Below, in pieces: positions 8,146 to 15,876 of a DNA stretch of 37,121 bases. Each line of letters begins with the position of its first letter. Positions within the stretch are counted from its first letter, which is position 1. Origin of the DNA: Candidatus Melainabacteria bacterium GWA2_34_9 (lineage in GTDB: Bacteria > Cyanobacteriota > Vampirovibrionia > Gastranaerophilales > UBA9971); assembly GCA_001784535.1 (NCBI GenBank), contig MFRJ01000046.1, positions 1 to 37,121 on the forward strand, read 5' to 3'. The notes beneath the pieces are model-generated. The model ran no database searches, was not told the origin of the DNA, and saw nothing but the letters and a program-made list of their open reading frames with translations. Both the position numbers and the translations under genes were made by a program.

Positions 8146-9768
8146 TTATTCTTCATTTGGAAGAAGTTGACAACCTTCAGGAGTATATTCTGCTACACGA
8201 TTTTTTCCGTTATGCTTAGCAAAATAAAGCGCTTTATCGGCAAAACCGATAACATCGCTTCTGTCTTCTGTATCAAGAGGATATGAAGCTACACCTATAC
8301 TAATTGTAGGACAAACTTCCTGCTTATCTTTTGTTCTTATAATAATATTCGCTATTTTTTTTCTGAGACGTTCAGCGATTCTCTTTGCGTTATCTTTCTG
8401 TGTTTCAGGCAAAATAACCGCAAATTCTTCTCCACCGTAACGACTTGGCATATCAATTTTTCTTACAGTATTTAATATAACTTCAGCAATTTGCATAAGC
8501 ATTTCATCGCCTATTTGATGTCCATACGTATCGTTTATAGATTTAAAGTTATCTATATCCATCATCAAAAGGGTCATTGAGTGTTTATATCTCTGAGATC
8601 TTCTTAATTCATTATCAAGGAGATATTCAAAATGCCTTCTAATATATAATTTAGTTAAACTATCTGTTATTGCAAGCTTATAAAGCTGCGCATTGCTTAT
8701 CGCAATAGCTGCCTGATTTGCAAGAGCACCCATAAAATCAAGATCATCCTGATTAAATAAATTTTTATCCTTTTTATTAGAGATATTTATAACTCCAATT
8801 GCTTCATCTTTTACTATCAAAGGCAAACAAAGGAGTGAATTTACATTAGAAAGATCTGACTGGAAGAATCTAGGATCATTAGAACCAAGATTAGTAATTA
8901 TAGCTTTTTTATGAGCAAAAGCTTCTCCGGCTATTCCTTCTCCAACCTTGATTTTTGTACATTCAATAAGACCTTCGTTAATTTTATCTTCTATTTCTTT
9001 GTCCGGCAAACCGTAAACAACCTTTATGACAAGTTCTTCTGTTACTGAATCATAAAGCATCAAAGAACCTTTTTCTGCACCTATTGTCTGAATAGCTTTT
9101 GCAAGGATGATTTGAATTAATCTTTTCAAGTCATCTATAAAATTCATTGCCTGACCGATATTATAAAGGATTGATATGTTATGCAGAGTTTTTTGAAGGT
9201 AACTTAAACTTGATTCTTTCTCTTTAAGCTTTTGAAATTTGTTTATTACAGGAGAAATATACTGAATTATTTTATCCAAAAAAATCATTTCGCTCTTTGT
9301 AAAAGGCTTTTCTGTCTTTTTAGAGCCTAGAGAAATTATAGCAAGCACTTCTCCTTCATTAACAAAAGGCAGCCATATACAAGAATCTAAATTTAATAAG
9401 TCATAAGACTCAAAAAACTGAAAATAAATGTTTCTTCCTTCTTCATTCAATATTTTTATAGGCTTACCTGTTTCAATAATATGCCATATACCTTCACCAA
9501 GGTTTTCAAACTCGTATGAATTGGGTGAAATTATATTATCGTAAGAAAGAATACTATATTTATTCTCATCCAACATAAAAAATGCAGCATTTTTTACATC
9601 AAAATTCAATTTAATAAAATTTAAAAGCTGTTCAGCCAAAGCATTAATAGTAGAAACGGAATTTGTTATATTTGAGATTTCAAAAAGTTTATTTAACTGA
9701 ATTAATTCTTCCTGCAATTCAGTTACTTTATCAATAATTAGACCGTCTTGATTATTTACGCCTGACAT
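8146..9768 (-). CDS. GAF-GAF-GGDEF diguanylate cyclase
   Basis: 540 aa. The C-terminal GGDEF domain carries DSLTKLYIRRHF, LLMMDIDNFKSINDTYGHQIGD, an intact active site RYGGEEFAVIL, and ISIGVASYP. Two preceding GAF-like segments include GSLMLYD...GIAGEAF...LCLPLIVKDEAIGVINI. Confidence 0.9.
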   Translation of the reverse strand: MSGVNNQDGLIIDKVTELQEELIQLNKLFEISNITNSVSTINALAEQLLNFIKLNFDVKNAAFFMLDENKYSILSYDNIISPNSYEFENLGEGIWHIIETGKPIKILNEEGRNIYFQFFESYDLLNLDSCIWLPFVNEGEVLAIISLGSKKTEKPFTKSEMIFLDKIIQYISPVINKFQKLKEKESSLSYLQKTLHNISILYNIGQAMNFIDDLKRLIQIILAKAIQTIGAEKGSLMLYDSVTEELVIKVVYGLPDKEIEDKINEGLIECTKIKVGEGIAGEAFAHKKAIITNLGSNDPRFFQSDLSNVNSLLCLPLIVKDEAIGVINISNKKDKNLFNQDDLDFMGALANQAAIAISNAQLYKLAITDSLTKLYIRRHFEYLLDNELRRSQRYKHSMTLLMMDIDNFKSINDTYGHQIGDEMLMQIAEVILNTVRKIDMPSRYGGEEFAVILPETQKDNAKRIAERLRKKIANIIIRTKDKQEVCPTISIGVASYPLDTEDRSDVIGFADKALYFAKHNGKNRVAEYTPEGCQLLPNEE

Positions 9769-9879
9769 TTAAATTTCTCACTTAACCTAAGTTATATATT
9801 AAATTATATAATAATTTCTTATTTATGCAAAAAAATAGCTTTTAAAATTAATCTTTTTATATCAGCTTTATAGATTGAA

Positions 9880-10923
9880 TTACTGTGAAATTGGATTTTT
9901 TATTATTATTACTGCGTTTCTATCATATTCCTGACCATTATCCAAAGTTGTTTTTTTTGAACGACTTTTACTTATTTTTTGAGCATATTGTAGGTTTGTT
10001 TCAATGGTTTTTGTTTCAATAAGTCTTATTTCAAATTTTGTGCCAGTATTCATTTTTGTTATTTTTATTTCCCTAAAAGCATTTGGGTATTCAACAAGCG
10101 CGGGAGTGCTAATATGAAGAACATTTTTTCGCTGTGTAATCTTTGCGAAGTGGTAATGTCCGCTTAATATTGCAACAACATTGCTATATTTATCAATAAT
10201 TTTCAGATATTCATCAGCATTGCGCACCACATGAGAATTACTTTTAAAAGGTTCTACTACAGGAAAATGCTGTACAATTATTACTTTTTTATCAAGATTG
10301 TTTTTTAATTGATTCTCTAGCCAAACAAGCTCATCCTTTGGAAAATAACCGTTAGCAGTAATTTCATTATCAATTACTCCGTCTAAAAAAAGAAGTAAGA
10401 AATTTTTCTTTGGGGTGTAAGAATAAAAAAGAGGATGATTTGCAGGATAGTATGAATTTTGATTGTCGAAACAAAGATTTTTTCTGTCTAATAATTTTGA
10501 ATTTTTAAGCCAAAGTGTTGTAACATCAAGTTTTGAAAGCCCGCCCAAAATACCAATATCATGATTTCCCGGTGCATAATACCAGGGTATACATAATTTA
10601 TTTGCAATATTTAAAAATTTTAAGAATTCATTTTTATCTGAATGGTTAACAATATCTCCTGAGAAAACAACCAATTCGGCTCCCGTTAAATCATAGACCT
10701 TTGATATAGCATCATTAAGAAAATCCCTGGAAAATTCCAGCATTCTTTTTGAGTTGCTTTTTGTTTTAGTATCAAAATGAACGTCGCTAATTTGTACAAT
10801 ATCCAGAGTATTATCATTAAGTTTAAATAAATCAATAGGGCGGGCTGAAACTACTGCAATAAACAGAAAGAATAAAACAACGCAAAATGTTGATTTAATA
10901 AATTTATTTTTAGTTTTAAGCAT
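9880..10923 (-). CDS. secreted or membrane-anchored metallophosphoesterase (calcineurin-like)
   Basis: 347 aa with an N-terminal hydrophobic signal or anchor (FCVVLFFLFIAVVSA). The metallophosphoesterase motifs are in order: QISDVHFD, SGDIVNH, GNHD, VQHFP, SGHYHF. Confidence 0.85.
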   Translation of the reverse strand: MLKTKNKFIKSTFCVVLFFLFIAVVSARPIDLFKLNDNTLDIVQISDVHFDTKTKSNSKRMLEFSRDFLNDAISKVYDLTGAELVVFSGDIVNHSDKNEFLKFLNIANKLCIPWYYAPGNHDIGILGGLSKLDVTTLWLKNSKLLDRKNLCFDNQNSYYPANHPLFYSYTPKKNFLLLFLDGVIDNEITANGYFPKDELVWLENQLKNNLDKKVIIVQHFPVVEPFKSNSHVVRNADEYLKIIDKYSNVVAILSGHYHFAKITQRKNVLHISTPALVEYPNAFREIKITKMNTGTKFEIRLIETKTIETNLQYAQKISKSRSKKTTLDNGQEYDRNAVIIIKNPISQ

Positions 10924-10995
10924 AAATTTCTTTCAAAAATTAAGTAATGGAAAATTTTTATCATTTTTTAATTATAATATTAACAAAATTAAGAC

Positions 10996-11023
10996 TTGAT
11001 AAGCAATTTTTATGAAATAATAT
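10996..11023 (+). promoter_or_regulatory. candidate sigma70-type promoter for tRNA-Ser
   Basis: TTGATA (10996-11001), a 16-nt spacer, then TAATAT (11018-11023), ending 14 nt upstream of the tRNA 5' end. This is a pattern match only, in AT-rich DNA. Confidence 0.35.
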
Positions 11024-11037
11024 AAAAATAAAATAAT

Positions 11038-11124
11038 GGAGAGGTGCCAGAGTTCGGTCGATTGGCGTCGCCTCGAAAGCGAATGGGCCGCAAGGCCACA
11101 AGGGTTCGAATCCCTTCCTCTCCT
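11038..11124 (+). tRNA. tRNA-Ser (anticodon CGA), type II with long variable arm, no encoded CCA
   Basis: I folded it by hand. The acceptor stem is GGAGAGG/CCTCTCC and the D stem is CCAG/TTGG. The anticodon stem is (G)TCGC/GCGA(A) with loop CTCGAAA, giving anticodon CGA. The variable arm is GGCC-gcaa-GGCC and the T arm is AAGGG-TTCGAAT-CCCTT. A T-run follows. Confidence 0.9.
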
Positions 11125-11172
11125 TTTTTTATTCCTCTGTCATGATGACATTCAAAAAAGGAAATAAGATCT

Positions 11173-11826
11173 ATGAATAAATATGTAGCTCCCGAGTTCG
11201 AAGAAACATTATTTACTTGTCCGCATTGTGGAGGTTTAACTTCTCAATTTTGGCAAGAACATAGTCATTATGAGAATGATGAAATTGATTGGAGAAACAA
11301 TCAATGGACTTCTTCTAGAATTTCGACAGCAAAATGTTCAGGATGCGAAAATGCCTCGATTTGGTATTATAAAAAAATGATTTATCCTGTTTTATCAACA
11401 GCACCCCTTCCACATGATGATATGCCGGAAAATGTTAAAAATGATTATTTAGAAGCGAGAGAAATTTTATTAAAATCTCCTAGAGGTGCTTGTGCTTTAT
11501 TAAGATTAGCTTTAGAAAAATTATGTAATGAATTAGTCGAAGGCAACCAAAATTTAAACTGCAAAATTGGTAAATTAGTAAAGAGTGGATTATCTTCTAA
11601 ATTACAAAAAGCTTTTGATTTTGTACGTATTACTGGAAATGATGCTGTTCATTCTATAGGAGAATTAGACGTTCAAGACAATCCTGAAATAGCTCAAGCA
11701 TTATTTACTCTCATTAACATAATTATTAAAGAAATGATTACTGAACCCAAAGAAGTAAATGAACTTTTCAGCTTAATTCCAGGAAATAAACTTGAAGCGA
11801 TAGAAAAAAGAGATACCGTAAAATAA
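11173..11826 (+). CDS. Zn-ribbon + DUF4145-like helical domain protein
   Basis: 217 aa. The N-terminus has CPHC...(32 aa)...CSGC, a four-Cys zinc ribbon. The C-terminal helical domain has DYLEAREILLKSPRGACALLRLALEKL...FVRITGNDAVHS, which matches my recollection of the DUF4145 signature (EA..., S...A..LLR.ALE, and R..GN...H). AAGGAAA lies upstream of the ATG. The stop TAA directly abuts the nadE ATG. Confidence 0.7.
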   Translation: MNKYVAPEFEETLFTCPHCGGLTSQFWQEHSHYENDEIDWRNNQWTSSRISTAKCSGCENASIWYYKKMIYPVLSTAPLPHDDMPENVKNDYLEAREILLKSPRGACALLRLALEKLCNELVEGNQNLNCKIGKLVKSGLSSKLQKAFDFVRITGNDAVHSIGELDVQDNPEIAQALFTLINIIIKEMITEPKEVNELFSLIPGNKLEAIEKRDTVK

Positions 11827-13482
11827 ATGAAAATAGCACTTTGCCAAATAAATACAAAAGTCGGTGACCTGCAAAGAAACACCGACTTGATAATAAAAAA
11901 TATTAATAAAGCAAAAGAAAAAGAAATTGACCTTATAGTCTTTCCAGAATTGGCAATTACAGGTTATCCGCCTAAAGACCTGCTTGATTTTGATTGTTTT
12001 GTAAATGACAACTTGAAATTCCTCGATAAAATAAGAGCTGCTTCAGAAAATATAGGTATAATTTGCGGATACGTTGATATAAATAAAAGCCCTACCGGCA
12101 AAAAATGCCATAATGCGGCTGCTTTCATAAATAACGGCGAAATCATCGCTAAATATTATAAGCGTTTATTGCCTTTTTATGATGTTTTTGACGAAACCAG
12201 ATATTTTGAACCAGGACATCAAGAGCTTGTTATAGATTTTAAAGACAAGAAGCTTGGCATTACAATATGCGAAGACTTATGGAACGATAAGGATTACTGG
12301 AAAAGACAGTTGTATCATATAGACCCAGCGGAAAAACTTGTTAAAGATGGTATTGACGCTATTATCAATATATCCGCATCACCATATTTACTTAATAAAG
12401 AAAAAGACAGATTTTCTATATTGAAAAACACTTCTGTGAAAAATAATATTCCTATTGTTTACGTAAATCAGGTTGGTGGAAATGATGACCTTCTTTTCGA
12501 TGGAGTAAGCTTTGTCATAGACCAAAAAGGCGAAATTAAATGTCTTTGCAGGGATTTTGAAGAAGATTTTTCTGTTTATGACATTGATTCAAACACCGGT
12601 GAATCTCATTATATTTCTCAAACAGAAGAAGAAAGCCTTTTTAAAGCTTTATGTACGGGAATTAAAGATTATTGCGGAAAAATAGGATTTAAAAAAGTTG
12701 TTTTAGGTTTATCAGGAGGAATCGATTCAGCGGTAACCGCTGCGCTTGCAGTTTGCGCTTTAGGAAAAGAAAATGTCACAGGAATAACTATGCCCAGCAT
12801 GTATTCCAGCGAAGGAAGCGTGAGTGATTCGGAAATACTCGCTAAAAACCTTGATATAGAGTTTTTAAATATACCAATTATCAATATGTTCAATTCCTAC
12901 ATAGATACTATTCAGAAAGAACACGGCAGGACTGTAGATTTAGCGGAAGAAAATCTTCAGGCGAGAATAAGGGCAAATATTTTAATGATGCATTCAAACA
13001 GATACGGGCATTTACTTTTAACCACAGGAAATAAATCAGAATTATCCGTTGGATATTGCACACTTTACGGAGATATGTGCGGAGGATTAGCTGTACTTTC
13101 AGATGTTCCAAAGGTTATGGTTTACAGATTAGCAAAATATATTAACAGAATTAATGAAATAATCCCTGAAGATACAATTACAAAACCGCCTTCTGCAGAA
13201 CTAAGACCTGATCAAAAAGACATGGATTCTTTGCCACCTTATGAAATTCTTGATGACATCTTAAAAATGTTTGTGGAAGAAAACAAATCAATTAAAGAAA
13301 TGTCGAAAAAGTACCCTGAAGAGCTTGTTAAAGATATAGTAAAAAAAATTAACAACTGTGAGTACAAAAGAAGACAAGCTGCACTGGGGCTTAAAGTTAC
13401 AACCAAAGCTTTTGGTGCAGGAAGAAGGTTTCCTATTGTACAGGGTTACGATTTTTCAGGAAATGAACAGTCATTAATTTGA
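11827..13482 (+). CDS. nadE: glutamine-dependent NAD+ synthase
   Basis: 551 aa. The N-terminal CN-hydrolase (nitrilase-like) domain has KIALCQIN, VFPELAITGYPP, ICEDLW. The C-terminal NAD synthetase domain has the PP-loop LGLSGGIDSAV plus LLLTTGNKSELSVGYCTLYGDM and PSAELRPDQKD. Confidence 0.95.
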   Translation: MKIALCQINTKVGDLQRNTDLIIKNINKAKEKEIDLIVFPELAITGYPPKDLLDFDCFVNDNLKFLDKIRAASENIGIICGYVDINKSPTGKKCHNAAAFINNGEIIAKYYKRLLPFYDVFDETRYFEPGHQELVIDFKDKKLGITICEDLWNDKDYWKRQLYHIDPAEKLVKDGIDAIINISASPYLLNKEKDRFSILKNTSVKNNIPIVYVNQVGGNDDLLFDGVSFVIDQKGEIKCLCRDFEEDFSVYDIDSNTGESHYISQTEEESLFKALCTGIKDYCGKIGFKKVVLGLSGGIDSAVTAALAVCALGKENVTGITMPSMYSSEGSVSDSEILAKNLDIEFLNIPIINMFNSYIDTIQKEHGRTVDLAEENLQARIRANILMMHSNRYGHLLLTTGNKSELSVGYCTLYGDMCGGLAVLSDVPKVMVYRLAKYINRINEIIPEDTITKPPSAELRPDQKDMDSLPPYEILDDILKMFVEENKSIKEMSKKYPEELVKDIVKKINNCEYKRRQAALGLKVTTKAFGAGRRFPIVQGYDFSGNEQSLI

Positions 13483-13568
13483 ATAGCCAAGTAAAAAGAT
13501 TAAATAACCGTAAATATGTTAGTTTTATTCATATATTGTAACCATTAACAAAGTTTTCAAGGTATGTA

Positions 13569-13590
13569 TGTTATACTACATATGTGTACA
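13569..13590 (+). promoter_or_regulatory. candidate extended -10 promoter (TGtTATACT) abutting palindromes ACATATGT/TGTACA, upstream of the WYL pair
   Basis: TG-t-TATACT lies at 13569-13577. It is followed directly by the perfect 8-bp palindrome ACATATGT (13578-13585), which overlaps the 6-bp palindrome TGTACA (13585-13590). The wider region 13561-13630 is rich in TGTA/TACA repeats. This is motif-level evidence only. Confidence 0.3.
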
Positions 13591-13637
13591 TAATATTTAG
13601 TGTGTATTTGCAGAATGTAAAAGTTGTATGAATTTAT

Positions 13638-14609
13638 ATGGCATTCGAAAACAAAAAGCTGGATTCAAAAAACCTTGATAATATAAGTATTACAGCATTC
13701 AGGATTCTTTCCATTCTGAACATTCTCTTAAAGGAACCTTTAAGCGAGGATGATATAAATCAAAAAATACAGGAAAATATTGAAGGTGCCAGAAATTTAT
13801 CAAATGACACAATCTGCATTTATATAAACACTTTGAGATCAATCGGCTGCGAAATTTCAAGACCATCAAAAAATACCGACTATAAATATATCTTAAAGTC
13901 CCATCCCTTTAAACTAAACCTTTCTAATGATGAAATTAATACTATTATTGAAATAAGAAAGTACATATCAACTTTGGGAAACTGGAAATTAGCCGTAGAA
14001 ATTGACGATTTGTTTAATCAAATTCTTAACCTTATTAACCCTGAAAGCAAAAAAATTTTTTTATCTGCCAAAAAATCAACTTTATGTCGTGAAACCAATA
14101 TTGAAAATATATTACCAGAACTAAATTTAATAGAAAAATATTGCAACCAAAACAAAGACATAATGCTTATTTATAATTCTCCAAACTCCGGTGAAAAAGA
14201 AATTTGGATAAAAGCAGAAAAATTAACACTTGAAAACGGCTCATTCTACTTATGGGGTTATAATGAGGAGCTAAATGAAACATTATATCTTAGATTAGAC
14301 AGAATAAAATCTATAAAAACAGTTAATATTGTAGAAAAAAACAAAATCAATAAAACTTTTGAAGTAAAATATAGACTTACAGGAGATTCGGCATTTTCAT
14401 TTGTTCCTTCTGAATCTGAAAAAATTCTTGAAAAAAATGATACTAATCTGATTGTGCAGGCAAAAATAAATAATAAATTCAACTTTATACAAAATACCTT
14501 GGCTTATGGACCAGACTGCATAATTATATCTCCGGAAAACATAAGGGAAGAAATAATTCTCAAGCTTAAAATGATGGCAGAAATACACAAAGATATTAGT
14601 ACAACATAG
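13638..14609 (+). CDS. HTH-WYL-WCX transcriptional regulator (YafY/PafB-like), copy 1
   Basis: 323 aa. The N-terminal winged HTH has AFRILSILNILL...NLSNDTICIYINTLRSIGCEI...YKYIL. The central WYL-type segment is IMLIYNSPNSGEKEIWIKAEKLTLENGSFYLWGYNEELNETLYLRLDRIKSIK. The C-terminal WCX-like segment is IQNTLAYGPDCIIISPENIREEI. Confidence 0.8.
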   Translation: MAFENKKLDSKNLDNISITAFRILSILNILLKEPLSEDDINQKIQENIEGARNLSNDTICIYINTLRSIGCEISRPSKNTDYKYILKSHPFKLNLSNDEINTIIEIRKYISTLGNWKLAVEIDDLFNQILNLINPESKKIFLSAKKSTLCRETNIENILPELNLIEKYCNQNKDIMLIYNSPNSGEKEIWIKAEKLTLENGSFYLWGYNEELNETLYLRLDRIKSIKTVNIVEKNKINKTFEVKYRLTGDSAFSFVPSESEKILEKNDTNLIVQAKINNKFNFIQNTLAYGPDCIIISPENIREEIILKLKMMAEIHKDISTT

Positions 14610-14623
14610 CTTTTAGTGGGTTT

Positions 14624-15571
14624 ATGAATAAAAGAATTAAGATAAGCGCAACAGCATATAGAGTTTTGCTTTTATTGCTTCATCTAAACGATGGGCAGGG
14701 AAAAGTCGATTATCTCAACAATATATTTTCTTCTGATCAATATACAGAAAGATACTTTTCAAAAGAGGTAATATTAAAGTATATAAGCACTTTAAGAACT
14801 GCAGGTTATGACATTTCCAAGCCAACTGCGGCAAACAATTATAATTATGAACTTAATAAATCGCCGGTACTGATAGAATTAAGCAACGAACAAATAAAAA
14901 ACCTTGCGGTGATGCTTTGTTATGCAGAAAGCTTGCATCAAAACAAAATAATTGATAATTACAATAATTTTTTGAAAAAAATAAAAAAATTTATTCCTGA
15001 TAAACAGGTTCAACTTTTAAATAGAGAACTAAAAAAACAGCGTGAGAATTTGGAAACAGATTTTTTCAAACATGCTCCTTTTCAAGAACTTATTAAAAAA
15101 ATTGAAAATTTTCAATCAGCTAATCAAAGAGTTTCTATTAAATACAAACTTCCTTATAATAATGAAGAAAAACAAATTATTTTAGAACTAAAAAATATAA
15201 AATATAACAAAAAAGAGGTTTATATTTCAGGATACAACCCCATATCTGAACAAACACACTCTATTAAACTTAACCAAATTGTTGATATAAAACAATTACC
15301 AACAAAATCACAATACAATGAGATATTACTTCCTGTATCATTCAAACTTAAAGGGAATCTGGCAAAGGTTTATAGACCTTACGAAAACGAAAAAATTACA
15401 TCCACAGATGAAAAATCTAACACAATAACCGTTACAGCACATATAGACGACAATGATGCACTAATAAAAAGATTATTAAAATATGGCGAAAATTGTGAAA
15501 TTATTTATCCAAAGCATGCCAAAAACGACATGATTAAAATAATTAACCAGTCTCTTAAAAATTATGAGTAA
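14624..15571 (+). CDS. HTH-WYL-WCX transcriptional regulator (PafC-like), copy 2 with degenerate WYL motif
   Basis: 315 aa with the same layout as copy 1. The HTH has AYRVLLLLLHL...FSKEVILKYISTLRTAGYDI...YNYEL. The WYL-equivalent segment is RVSIKYKLPYNNEEKQIILELKNIKYNKKEVYISGYNPISEQTHSIKLNQIVDIK. The WCX-like segment is IKRLLKYGENCEIIYPKHAKNDMI. It starts 14 nt after copy 1. Confidence 0.75.
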   Translation: MNKRIKISATAYRVLLLLLHLNDGQGKVDYLNNIFSSDQYTERYFSKEVILKYISTLRTAGYDISKPTAANNYNYELNKSPVLIELSNEQIKNLAVMLCYAESLHQNKIIDNYNNFLKKIKKFIPDKQVQLLNRELKKQRENLETDFFKHAPFQELIKKIENFQSANQRVSIKYKLPYNNEEKQIILELKNIKYNKKEVYISGYNPISEQTHSIKLNQIVDIKQLPTKSQYNEILLPVSFKLKGNLAKVYRPYENEKITSTDEKSNTITVTAHIDDNDALIKRLLKYGENCEIIYPKHAKNDMIKIINQSLKNYE

Positions 15572-15612
15572 ATTTATTCATAATTTTAAAAATTTTAAAA
15601 CTGTAAGAATAA

Positions 15613-15670
15613 AACAAAGAGTGTCTTTTTAGAAAAAAATACACGCGCATTCTTTTGTTGTGATTTTTTA
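15613..15670 (+). terminator. possible terminator after the WYL pair
   Basis: An imperfect stem forms between AACAAAGAGTG (15613-15623) and CGCATTCTTTTGTT (15646-15659), with one bulge and one G-U pair. It is followed by GTGATTTTTT. The loop is long (22 nt), so confidence is low. Confidence 0.3.
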
Positions 15671-15876
15671 TACTTTAATAAACACCAAAAAGACTTTTTC
15701 AAGGGTTTTTCGACTAATAATAAGTTTTTTCAAGAAATATAAAATAATGTTAAAATCATTTCATTATTATTTTTACTGTACTTTTTATTGTAGTAAAGTA
15801 AAATCAATAATGAACATTAAAATAGCCTGGTTAGTCATTAATTTTTATTTATTTCTTAAGCTACCTTGGAGGGATC

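Noticed and set aside
11694-13111. Minus-strand ORFs 11694..11882, 11964..12146, 12669..12893 and 12908..13111.
   Set aside because: They are antisense to the DUF4145-like gene and nadE, and they have no recognisable domains or ribosome-binding sites.
14258-14588. Minus-strand ORFs 14258..14482 and 14397..14588 inside WYL copy 1.
   Set aside because: They are antisense shadows in AT-rich coding DNA with Phe/Ser/Ile-rich translations.
15572-15876. A possible riboswitch or T-box in the 305-nt leader of the amino-acid permease.
   Set aside because: I found no T-box, lysine, glycine or other riboswitch core motifs by eye. The region is almost pure A/T with only one weak stem, which I listed as a possible terminator. 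An Rfam scan would be needed to exclude this fully.
11124-15876. A genomic island integrated at tRNA-Ser.
   Set aside because: There is no integrase or recombinase. I found no direct repeat of the tRNA 3' end (e.g. TTCGAATCCCTTCCTCTCC) downstream, and there is no obvious compositional break. The segment also contains the housekeeping nadE.
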